From positions 43,834,001 through 43,898,000 of the forward strand of contig OZ024753.1 in NCBI GenBank assembly GCA_964016885.1: a stretch of DNA of 64,000 nt. The letters run 5' to 3'. The DNA comes from Eledone cirrhosa. Taxonomy: Eukaryota. This document shows positions 40,410 through 52,564 of this stretch, one piece after another. The notes beneath the pieces were generated by a model. The model worked only from the letters and a program-made list of their open reading frames with translations. It did not search any database and was not told where the DNA came from. Each line of letters starts with the position of its first letter. The stretch's first letter is position 1. The translations under genes were made by a program, and so were the position numbers.

Positions 40410-40598
40410 ACAGACACACATACACATACACACTCACATTTACCCACTCTCACATTTACACACTCTCACACACACATGCAGACACACACAGACACACACG
40501 GACACACTCTCACACACACAGATACACATACTCACACACATACTCACAGACACACATAAACACACACACTCACAAACACACACAGATACACACATACA

Positions 40599-40657
<59 letters not shown>

Positions 40658-40780
40658 ACAGATACACACACATACACTCTCTCTCTCACACTCACACACA
40701 CAGATACACTCACACACAGATACACATACACACACACTCTCACACACACACAAAGAGACATACCCTCACACATACACTCA
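40410..40780. repeat. (CA)n-derived microsatellite
   Basis: Visible simple repeat. Confidence 0.95.
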
Positions 40781-41794
40781 ATGGAATAAGGAAATCTAAA
40801 GCTATAATAAAATTTCAATTTGTTCCCCTTGTAAAACATAATTGAAGCGAACATTTAAAAATGAAGGCCTAGTAAAGTTAAGTTAAAGAAAGGCTAAATT
40901 GTATTGTTTTGAGTGACAGGAAATTGTTTTATACCAATATTAAATGGTTCTGATAGTTAAATGGCAGAGAATACTCTATTATGGTTCACTGAAACTTAAA
41001 ATGATAAGGTTGTAATTTCAATTGAATTTGAATTTGAAGAAAGAAAGAAAGAAGAAAAAAAGGAGGAAAAAGATAAAAGAGGAGAGGAAAAAATGAGAGC
41101 AGGAGGTGGAGAAGAAGAATGAGAAAAAGAAGAATGAGAAGACGAAAAAGAAGAATGAGAAGACGAAAAAGAAGAATGAGAAGACGAACAAGAAGAATGA
41201 GAAGACGAACAAGGAAAAAGAAGAATGATGACAAATAGAAAAAAAAGAACACAAAAATTTCCATAAATGGAAAATTTTCTAAAGAAAAATTAAGAGATTA
41301 TTACAAAAAAAAAGAAGAAAAATAAGAGGAAGAGAAAAGAAAAGGGTTGTGTTTGTCTGTTATAAAGAAATATATAGAGGGAGAAGGATAACGAAGTATG
41401 GAAAGGATTGTAAGAATATCAAGGATGGGAGATTAGAAAAAGAAGAATTAATATCTGCATATATTTCTGTGTAGAGATGTATATGGTGTATATATGTATA
41501 TGTCTGTATATATGGGTGTGTATAGATGTGTATATATGTGTGTATATATGTGTATATAGGCCTGTATTTATGTGTGTATACATGTACACCTAATATATGC
41601 ATTTATTTTTGTGTGTACAGGTGTATATATATATATATATGCGTGTGTATATATGTGTGTTTACATGTACACACATCTAATATCTGCATGTATTTCTGTG
41701 TGTACAGGTGTATATGGTGTATATGTGTATGTGTATACAGGCATATGCATACAATATGTTTAAGTGTGTGTTTATGCACCCATATAAATATATG

Positions 41795-41825
<31 letters not shown>

Positions 41826-42925
41826 TACATTTAATGTGTGCATATGGGTGAGAGTATATATACATGCTTATATATAAATATGTGTGTGTGTGTTTACATG
41901 TATATACATCTGGTATATGTGTGCATATGTATGTATACATGTACATATACACCTGTATGTGTATATTTTAATGGAGTTAAAGAATGTAAAGATATATTCT
42001 AAAAGAAGCAGGTAAAATGTTTCTGTGTGTGTGGAATTCCAAACATGAATGGAAAAAAACTATTTGAAGAAAATGAATATAACTTTTAATATGTACAGGG
42101 AAATAATGTTACAACAACAACAACATATTAATAACAACAGCAACAACAACAACAACAACAACCATAATAAAATGTAATACAATTAGATAACAAATTCTTT
42201 TGGGTTTATTGTTTTAATGCTTTGTAGAAGTAATAGTAGTGGTGGTGGTGGTGGCAGCAGTGGTGATTGTAGTATTAAAAGCTGTGGTGGTGGTAGTGGT
42301 GGTGGTGGTGGTGGTGGTGGTGGTAGTAGTAGTAGTAGGAGGGATGAATTGGTAGAGTCGTTAGCTCATCAGATAGAATGCAATACTTTACTAGATTTGA
42401 TCCAGCTCTCTACACACTGAGTTCAAATCCTGCTGAGGTCAACTTTGCTTTTCAATATGAGCGGCCAGTTACAGCCGGTTTGAACAGAAAGAGGTGAGAG
42501 AATTCTGGCCAGATACAGCTGGTTTAAATGCTAACGGTTTAAATTGACCAGTACATGTTGTATGTTACTACATTGTTTCTAAGACCCTGACAGAAGTTAC
42601 ATATGCTATAAACTTATTAATATAGAGAATAAAACATTAAAAAGTTCTTAGTTCTGCAATATTATGTCTGCTCTTTATTTATAATCTATTATTAAGTGAT
42701 TTACTGTCAACTATGTAAAAGCAAAAGACATATTTAACCTACTGTACTTGAATAATTGTTTCTAGGTTATATAGTATATATATATATATATATATATATG
42801 CATAAGTATATATATGTGCATATACATATATCGATATGTGTATGTGGGTGTATTTATGTATATATGCATGCATATATATATATGTATATATATACATATG
42901 CTTTTATATGTATATAAATATATAA

Positions 42926-42981
<56 letters not shown>

Positions 42982-43183
42982 ATATGTGTATATATATATA
43001 AAGATATGTGTATATATATACGTATATATATATATATATATATATATAAAGATATGTGTATATATATATAAAGATATGTGTATATATACATATATTTATG
43101 TATATATAAAGATATATGTATGTATATATATATATATATCTATGTATATATAAATATATAAAGACATATATATATGTATGTAC

Positions 43184-43228
<45 letters not shown>

Positions 43229-43232
<4 letters not shown>

Positions 43233-43573
43233 AGTATGTATACATACATACATATATGTATACAGACGTACAGCAGTATGTATATACATACATGCACACA
43301 CATATATATACGTACATATGGCTTTACCGAACATTTATTATAATGTTCGGGCTGTTTGTAAACAAACAGCCCAAATCAACAAAATGGCAACGATGGTTGC
43401 TAAACACTGTACGGCTTGATTCGGGCTGTTTGCTTACAAACAAACCGAACATTGTAATAAATGTTTGGTAAAGCCATATGTACATATATATATATATATG
43501 TGCATGTATGTATGTATACACATACTGCTGTACGTCTGTATACATATATCTATGTACGTATACATACTTACAT
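43229..43573. mobile_element. Foldback/MITE-like element with ~150-bp imperfect inverted arms
   Basis: TACAGACGTACAGCAGTATG...CATATGGCTTTACCGAACATTTATTA mirrored by TAATAAATGTTTGGTAAAGCCATATG...CATACTGCTGTACGTCTGTA; ~40-bp spacer. Confidence 0.75.
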
Positions 43574-43638
43574 TTAAGTATCAGCCGCACTAAGAGTGAG
43601 AAATGAAATTTCATTTTTTCATTTTTTCCATTTATATA

Positions 43639-43687
<49 letters not shown>

Positions 43688-44094
43688 GTATGTATATGTT
43701 TGTATATATGTCTCTTTTATGTTGTTTCTTTACTTAAAATCTATTAAATTTGATAGAAATAATTTACTTTGAAGAGATAATCATAGTTTTATGTTGATTA
43801 ATTGATTGCACCAAATGAACATCTTTAAAGTTTAGTGCAAGCCATATCTTGCTTCAGTAATAGCAATCATGGCAGCCAGAACATCTGATAGAGTTTTATT
43901 TGGGAATGTCACCAATTCACTGCTATTTCAGCTATGTCACCAATGTCATTAATCCCACCGAGGGCAACTTTGCCTTTCATCCTTACGGGGTCGATGAAAT
44001 AAAGTACCAGTAATGTACTGGGTAATTGCTGGCCTTGTGCCTAAAGTAGAAACAATTATTTGGTGCTATTTAGGCTATGTCATCCATAGAATGT

Positions 44095-44780
44095 TATTTT
44101 ATGTTAAGTCTGCCATGTGAGCCAGTCTCACCCCTCCATGACATAGGGGGTTATTTAGGGTATGTCACCCATGTATACTAGTCTCCCTTCTCCATGTTGC
44201 CCCAGTCTCCCTTCTCCATGTTGCCCCTAGAGTGTTATGTGAGTTAAGTCTGCCATGTACACCAGTCTCATACCTCCATGGCATAGGGGGTTATTTAGGG
44301 TATGTCACCCATGTATACCAGTCTCCCTTCTCCATGTTGCCCCTAGAGTGTTGTGAGTTAAGTCTGCCATGTGAACCAGTCTCTCCCCTCTATATCACAT
44401 TAGTATTTGGGGTATGTGACCCTTGTATACCAGTCTCCCCTCTCCGTGTAACTGATTGTGTTATTCGGGGTATATTGCCTATGTCACTGTTACATTTTTA
44501 TCTCGGGTATATGCAGGGCTGTCTGCATGCTGGGCAGCTGCCCGGGGGCCCCACGAGCATAGGGGGTCCATTTGTATTTTTATTCCTGTGAGTGGTTGTG
44601 TAGGTAGGGGCCCCAGTGCTCTGCTTTGCCGGGGGGGGGGGGGGGGCTATAATGCTGTTAAGACGGCCCTGGGTATATGACCTATGTCACAGATAGTGTT
44701 GTTTGCAGTGTCACCCATGTACACCAGTCTCCCCTCTCCATGTCACTGATAGAATGCAATTTGGGGTTTGTCAGCCATGC
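44095..44780. repeat. Degenerate minisatellite (CCATGTAYACCAGTCTCCCCTCTCCATG subunits, higher-order copies)
   Basis: Repeated blocks near 44105, 44243 and 44358. Confidence 0.8.
44514..44671. mobile_element. hAT-type MITE with 8-bp target-site duplication
   Basis: TIRs CAGGGCTGTCT / AGACGGCCCTG; GGTATATG at 44506-44513 and 44672-44679. Confidence 0.88.
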
Positions 44781-44834
44781 ATATCCAAGAATATGACAAA
44801 ACTGATATGGTTTGGCACCTGTGATATCACAGTG

Positions 44835-45001
44835 AAGGCACATGGCTCAGTGGTTAGAGCATTGGGCTTGCAATCGAAAAGTTGTGAGTTCAATTCTCAG
44901 AGCGGGTGATGTGTTGTTTCCTTGAGCAAGACACTTTATTTCACATTACTCCAGTTTACTCAGCTGTAGAAATGAGATGATAGGACTGGGGTCCCTATCA
45001 T
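44835..45001 (+). mobile_element. SINE family A, 5' half
   Basis: Matches 13415-13580. Confidence 0.85.
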
Positions 45002-46454
45002 TAAATCACCCAAGACACCTCCAACAAGATATACCTTGGAGGAGGCCAGCTAAACCTGCATAGGTGTGAGCTGTCACATACACACACACATAGGTGTGAG
45101 CTGTCACACACACGCAGTGATATCACAACTAAATTTTGCCTGCTAAGTGGGCTGGAGCATCTTGCTCAAGGACACAACACGTTGCCTGATCTGTCTTAAG
45201 ATTGAAACCCTAATACTCTAACCATTAAGGCATCAGCCTTCATGAAAATATTAATTAATCCTATATAAACGATAGTAAAAATATATAAATTTACAGTGAA
45301 GAAAAGAAATCCTTGAAAGACTATTGTTGGAAAGAGACTTTGTAAATTATATAAGTAGCTTTCAGTCAGACAATAACTTCCTATACATCAGCTCTCTTTT
45401 TATTATTTCTACTTTCAAGTTAGGTTTTCTCTGCAAAACTACTTGAGGCATAATTTTCATATCTTCCGACAGTCTCGACATAAAAAATTAACATGCAGTT
45501 TGTTAGTTGTAATTTTCCAAACAGTACCACTGTTTAGGTTTCATAAAGTATTAACAAAGAGAGTTGATTATATCATGATCATCATTGTCTGTCCATTTGT
45601 TTCAATTCTTACACAGTTAGGATATGAAGTCTGTAAAACTCTGAGAAAGCAGCTTGTCTTTGAGAATACTAACTCTGAATACACTATGTGGGGTAGATGT
45701 GGACTCTGTAAGCTGTAGAGAGGGTGAACCATCTAGGAAATAAATGAAATTTATTGCTCACACTTGAAGCAATTTTTGCTGGTCTCTCATAATGTGACAT
45801 CAGATGAGAAGTTTTTTGGATATTATATTGATTGAGGCCTCAGTTCTGTCATAAAAGCGACATGAGATGAAGCATCATACTCAAGAACAGAAATAATCAC
45901 CAAATCAGAGAATCAAACCTATGACCATATAGGGGGCTAATTACAAGACATGCACCTTCCCAGTGACTGAAACTAGTGAAATAATAAAGTAATACGGCAA
46001 ACACCACTGTGTGTTTATGAAGTTCTCTTAACAAGCGTGTGTGCACACAAACACACATATATATATGGAGTTAAAAATAGGAATAAAGTTCTATATAAAT
46101 GAAAGATTATAGGTAAAAAATAAAAGTGAAAATTTAGAGAAGTTTATTTAAAGAATCTTTTCATTTTTTTTAATCCAACAAAACAAATATTTCTAATTTA
46201 GATACATCAAATAATTTTAAGTTTTATCAAATATTTCCTACCAGTTTCGATTGGTTGACATTCTTATCAAACAATAATTAATTTACTTTAATGAATTATG
46301 TGCTCGTATTTCACAAGTTATCAAGTATATGGTTGTATTTTTATCTGAGGCATCATTTTATTTATAATTTTATTATTTGGGGGTGGGATGGTGTTGTTGG
46401 AAGTAGAGTTCAAAAAGTTAGGATCCAATTGATTCAATAGAAAATTCTAGTTTC

Positions 46455-46852
46455 TGGATCCCCAACTGAGACCTGCCAACCCTCTTGCACAGGGTCTACC
46501 CTTGGGTCTCCTGCCAGTCGGTTTTGCCTGGAAAATCTGTCCAGCATTCGGTAAGCAGAAGAAAAACCACACTCGCTATCTTTCAATTCAGTGTTTGGGC
46601 TAACATTTACCTATTCTCTGGAATCTTGGATAATGACTGGAAGAATACGAACATGAATACAAGCAGCCAATATAATGTTCCTCTGAAGGAACTTTGGAGT
46701 ATGTTACTCGATAGAGTGTGTAACTTGGAGATCAGAGAGTCACTCCAAGTGGAGTCTTTACTTCTCTAAATTGAGAGATCAGAGAGTTACTCCAAATGGA
46801 GTCTCTACTTCTCTAAATCTCTAAATTGAGAGATCACAGCTCCGACACTACA
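46455..46852. mobile_element. Decayed RTE (Rex3/Expander-like) LINE fragment with internal inversion
   Basis: Plus strand SVFGLTFTYSLESWIMTGRIRT*IQAANIMFL*R / LLDRVCNLEIRESLQVESLLL*IERSQLR; minus strand QIFQAKPTGRRPKGRP. Confidence 0.75.
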
Positions 46853-46883
46853 ATCATACCTGAAACCTGTAAAAGAATATAAT

Positions 46884-47062
46884 AATTGTTTCTACTTTTG
46901 GCACAAGGCCAGCAATTATCCCAGTACATTACTGGTACTTTATTTTATCGACCCCGTAAGGATGAAAGGCAAAGTTAACCTCGGCGGAATTTGAACTCAG
47001 ACCATAAAGGGCTGTAACTCTTTGCTGCAAAGCATGGCGTCCGACCCTCTACCGATACTGCA
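46884..47062 (-). mobile_element. SINE family B
   Basis: Reverse complement of 20224-20417. Confidence 0.88.
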
Positions 47063-47249
47063 AAGAAGAAATATTCCTGATATCACTTATCTCAGTTAAC
47101 CTGGTCAACTAAACATTTCCTATTCCAATTCTGCAGTGAAATTGTCTGAAGTTGGGGTGGAATCTAGCTTTAACAACTCTTTAAAAATATTCACATTCGT
47201 GGAAAAACATTTCACTTGTACATTAAAAAATTATAACAATGACACTAAT

Positions 47250-47829
47250 GTGTGTTCATCTGTGTATATGTGTGTGTGCCTGTATATATGTGTGTGTATA
47301 TGTGTGTATATGTGTGTCTGTATAGGACGTGTCTATGTGTGTCTGTATTGGATGTGTGTTATGTATGTATGTATGTCTGTATATATATGTGTATATGTGT
47401 GTGTGCCTGTATATATGTGTGTGTATATATGTGTGTGTATATGTGTGTCTGTATAGGATGTGTGTTATGTATGTCTGTATATATGTGTATATGTGTGTGT
47501 GCCTGTATATATGTGTGTGTATATGTGTGTATATATGTGTGTCTGTATAGGACATGTCTATGTGTGTCTGTATAGGATGTGTGTTATGTATGTATGTATG
47601 TCTGTATATATATGTGTATATGTGTGTGTGCCTGTATATATGTGTGTATATGTGTGTCTGTATAGGACGTGTCTATGTGTGTCTGTATAGGATGTGTGTT
47701 ATGTATGTATGTATGTCTGTATATATATGTGTATATGTGTGTGTGCCTGTATATATGTGTGTGTATATGTGTGTGTATATATGTGTGTCTGTATAGGACG
47801 TGTGTTATGTATGTATGTATGTCTGTCTG

Positions 47830-47866
<37 letters not shown>

Positions 47867-47986
47867 CTCTGTGCCTGTATGTGTGTATGTGTATGTCTGG
47901 TGTCTGTATATGATTATATGATATGTCTATCTGTTTGTTTATGTGTATCTTTCTGGCTCTGTGACTGTGTGTCACTCTCTCTGTTG

Positions 47987-48030
<44 letters not shown>

Positions 48031-48360
48031 CTGTATGTCAGTATATATATATATATGTGTGTGTGTGTGTCTGTATATTCAGTGTGTGTGTGTGTCAGTA
48101 TATATATATATGTGTCTGTGTGTCAGTATATATATATATGTGTGTGTGTGTCAGTATATATATATGTGTGTGTGTGTCAGTATATATATATATGTGTCTG
48201 TGTGTCAGTATATATATATGTGTATGTCAGTATATATATATATGTGTGTGTGTGTGTCAGTATATATATATATGTGTGTGTGTGTGTCAGTATATATGTA
48301 TGTGTGTGTGTGTCAGTATATATATATGTGTCTGTACATTCAGTGTCTACGTGTCTGTAT
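47250..48360. repeat. (TG)/(TA)-derived compound satellite with repeated TCTGTATAGGA and GTCAGTATA blocks
   Basis: Visible repeats. Confidence 0.9.
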
Positions 48361-49556
48361 ATTCAACTTGAAGGTGTGTATTTTTATAATCAACTTTTTA
48401 GTTCAACAGTAACTAAATGACAAACAGTTTTTTATTCTATTTTTATTGAACACTGTTAGAATTAATTTCATAATTTTCAACACAGTTACATCATATTCAG
48501 CATATTTACATAAACAAATAATAACAGTTAAATATTCACTGAAAAAAAAATCACAAAAACCTCCAAACAAACATAGAAATGTCAACATTATTTGTTTTTT
48601 CTTGAAGCATAATTTTTTAAAACTGTTTCTGTAGCCATAATGCATTATTCTCAATGGCCTTTTCTACAATATTTAATCGTAGAAAGAAAAAAAAAGGAAA
48701 TATAATATTTGGAAACTGCCCTGGAGAAGGGTTTCTGTGACAATGTGTGAAATATTCTGAAATTAAATTTTCCATCTCAATTCATTCATTGAAACACTTT
48801 TAGGATCTTTTAATTTACTCCATTATTTTGTTTTAATGTTGGAAAAGGAAGAGGGAAGGATTCATGGAGTGATGGATGGCAGGCAGGTGTGTGTGGGGGG
48901 AGGGGGGTGCAAACATCGTATCATTAGTGTTGAAAGGATAGAGAGAGAGAGAGATGATGGAGGTAGGAGGAATGGATGAGCTGTACCATATCATCAGTGT
49001 TAAAAGGAGAGAGAGATAGAGAGGAGGTAGGAGGAAAGGATGGTGTAGTGTGAGTAGCTGTACCATATCATCAATGTTGAAATGAGAGAGGGGATGGAGG
49101 TAGGAGGAAAGGATGGTGCAGTGTGAGTAGGAGCATATCAATTAATATTTCATTGATATGCAGATAACATTTTAAAGATATTGAATACAAGTACACTGCA
49201 AATTAATTTCACCAAACAAAGCAATAAATATGTAAAGATATGCTACTAAATGTCTGAAAATGCAACATGGAAATTATTGAGAAAACATGTTGGGTAATGA
49301 TGCTGAATGAAACAGGAAAAAACTCTAGAATCAACAAAGCAATAATATTTACTGGAGAAAGATGAAAAATTCTTCTTTTAACAATTGTTTAGTTTTAATT
49401 AATTGACTTCTCATGACTGAAGGTATCTTTCGATATTTTAGTAGCTGTTGTTGTATAATCTCAGGTAAAATAGTCATTAAGAAATTTTGGCAATGCCCAG
49501 ATGTGCCACTGGGTTGGGGGAAAAGAAATATACTGAAAACATATCATACTGAAAAC

Positions 49557-49828
49557 ATCATCATCATCATTTTACATCCGCTTTTCCCTGCTTACAAGGG
49601 TGGGATGGGTCTTATTCAGCACAGCATCTCTCCATTCATCATGGTCCTTCGTCATCTCCTCCATGAGCTTCAGCGATCTGAGGTCAGCTCTCACCACCTC
49701 CGCCCATGTTTTTTGTGGTCTTCCTCTACTGCGTCTTCCTTCTACTTGGATTTCTTGGCATTTCTTTACCCAGCGGTCATCCTCCATGCGCATCACATGT
49801 CCATACCATCTCAGTCTTCTCTCCACTG
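49557..49828 (-). mobile_element. RTE-clade LINE 3' fragment
   Basis: ERRLRWYGHVMRMEDDRWVKKCQEIQVEGRRSRGRPQKTWAEVV is a canonical RTE C-terminus; (ATG)n tail. Confidence 0.92.
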
Positions 49829-51154
49829 CATAAATATTGAAATGAAGCAGAGCAGTGAAAACACACCTCTGGCCTTCAATAGTATGTTAGTCAGTGGTCT
49901 TAGCTGAGCAGTAAAAAGTATACCTCTGACTCTTTGTTGTCTGATAGTCGGTGGCCTTAGCTGAGCAGTGAAAACACACCTCTGGCCCCCAGGAGTCGGC
50001 ATTCTGTTATATATATAGTTTAGAGAGTGTGTGTGTTGATGGAGAAGACAATACCAATTCCTTAGTGTCCTAATTTTGCTCACACCAATTCCAATTACTT
50101 AATTACTAAGATAGTGACACAATTCTTATAAAATATTGTATTAGAAAATTTTTATTTATTTCGAAACTCTTTAAATCGGTGGATTTGTTTCATGAAACTA
50201 AAACTGGTTTTGACTGGGTTGTTATACAAATGGTTTAATTTTCCCCAAATGAGTAAAACAAATATAATCTATAAATTTTCAGACTTAGTAAACCCATTTA
50301 AACAAGGAGCAGAGACTGTTATAGAAATGGGAGAAGAGATAGAGGGAGGAGACAGCAGATTTCTGCATCAGAGACTAACTTTATTAAATCTGACCCCGAA
50401 TGAACAATAATATATATATAATCCATAACATTTTTTTAAAGACTTATACCGAATCCATTGTGTTAGTAAAGTGAAAATAATCCTTAAAACAAACAACAGA
50501 AGGGGACAAAAAAACAACATAACAACACAAACACATTTATTTTTCAACTATTATTTTGAATTCTATTCAGATAGAATATTTTAATAAAATGTAAACTACA
50601 TTTGAATAAATTGTGGCTATACATTAGAATGGAGCTATATCAACAGAGATAAAAAAAACTAGTTGAAAATTGGAAGGAAAAAAAACAGAAAAAATTAAAT
50701 GTGTTGTTTAAACAAAAACTGGGAATAAAATTATAGAAAATTTTTTATTTTAAATAATATTTGACAATAGTATCATCTCATATTATTATTATTATTGTTA
50801 TTATCATTGTTGTTGTTGGTGTTTTTGGTCTTGTTGGTGCTGCTGTTGCTATTTATAATTATATTATTATATGACATTATAATGTCACTATAACAATCAC
50901 CATTTTTTGTTACTGCTGTTCTCAATATTTTTATTATTATTACTATTATTATTATTATTATTATTATTATTCAATCCATTACTAAAAAGAAACACAAAAA
51001 AGATGACAAGTAATTAAAAAAAAAATATATTATATTATATTTATTCTTCATTATTTGTTGATGGCAACGAGAAAATGTGTTGGCAAGATCAGGTAACAAA
51101 CACGGTATTACAGAGAAAAACGCAAGTTGCATATCAGTTGGTTTGGCACATTAA

Positions 51155-51417
51155 TGATGGTGGTGGTGGCTGCAGCTGTGGTGGTGGTGGTGGTGGTTGT
51201 GGCTATAGCTGTGGTGGTGGTGGTGGTGGCTATAGCTGTGGTGGTGATAGTGGTGGTGGTGGAGATAGTGGTGATGATAGTGGTGGTGGTGGTGGAGGTG
51301 GCTACAGTTGTGGTGGTGGTGGCTATAGCTGTGGTGGTGGTGGTGGCTACAGTTGTGATGGTGGTGGAGGCTACAGCTGTAGCAGTGATAAAGGTTATTG
51401 TTGTCATTGTTGTCGAT
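51155..51417 (+). repeat. (GGT)n tract with repeated GGCTAYAGYTGT motifs (reads GGGGYSC)
   Basis: Lies inside ORF 51075-51419. Confidence 0.85.
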
Positions 51418-51469
51418 GACATGAAATTTCATTATAAATAATCTCACTTCAGTTTTATTTCAATAATAA

Positions 51470-52000
51470 TGATTTCTTATTTAGACACAAGGCCGACAAT
51501 TTTTGGGGGAAGGGGAAAGTCGATTAAATCTACCCCAGTGTGTTACTGGTACTTTATTTTATCGACCCCCGTAAGGATGAAAGGCAAAGCTAACCTCAGA
51601 ACGTAAAGGGCTGTAACTGTATGCCACAAAGCATGTTATCTGACACTCTACCGATACTGCCAATCCACCACCCTATCTTAATAATGATTTCTAATTTAGG
51701 CACAAGGCCAGCAATCACCCAGTGCATTACTGGTACTTTATTTTATCGACCCAGTAAGGATGAAAGGCAAAGTCAACCTCGGCGGGATTTGAACTCAGAT
51801 CGTAAAGGGACGTAACTCTATGCTGCAAAGCATGGCGTCCGACCCTCTACCAATACTGCCAAATGATTTCTACTTTAGGCACAAGGCCAACAATTTAGTG
51901 GGGAAGGAAGGAAAGAAGGTTGAGTAAATGACATCCAGTGCATTACTGGTACTTTATTTTATTGATCCCGTAAGAACGAATGGCAAAGCTAACCTCCACG
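51470..52000 (-). mobile_element. Cluster of three head-to-tail SINE B copies/variants
   Basis: TACTGGTACTTTATTTTAT block near 51545, 51728 and 51944. Confidence 0.8.
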
Positions 52001-52170
52001 GGGAGGAGAATGTCGATTAAATCAACCCCAGAGGTTAGAGGAAAGGGGATGGCAATGTTGAAAGGGGGAATATAGTTTTGTCATCTGTTAGAATATTTTC
52101 AATATGACTATTTCATTGTCATTGAATATATCATCTGCTGAATATGAACAACTAATCACTGCCTATGTCA

Positions 52171-52564
52171 TTAACCCTTTCATTACCATATTTCTAATGA
52201 AAGACACTCTCTATGTCTTAAATCTGTCATTACCATATTTCTAATGAAAGACACAGCTATGTCTTTAAACCTTTCATTACCATATTTCTAATGGAAGACA
52301 CTACCTATGTCATTAACCCTTTATTACCATATTTCTAATGAAAGACACTGCTTCTGATTTTGAAATAATTTTGAAAATAATCTAGAATTTGAAGAGATTT
52401 TGTTTCTTAATATCAAGCTGGTATTTTGAACATATCGTAACAAATGTTTTAAATATAAAATTATGATGGGTTGTTTTCAGATAAATATAAACACTTTTAA
52501 AACAAACAATTTTGTATTGAAGAAACAGGTGTAATTTCAGGTGGTCTGGTATCAAGAGGGTTAA
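52171..52564. mobile_element. piggyBac-type MITE family 2 with ~48-bp tandemly amplified left end
   Basis: TTAA-CCCTTTCATTACC ... GGTATCAAGAGGG-TTAA; ATTACCATATTTCTAATG four times. Confidence 0.7.

Noticed and set aside
46856-46878. Minus-strand 7-nt microexon or recursive splice site (ttttacag-GTTTCAG-gtatga)
   Set aside because: Sits at a LINE/SINE junction; cannot be supported without RNA data
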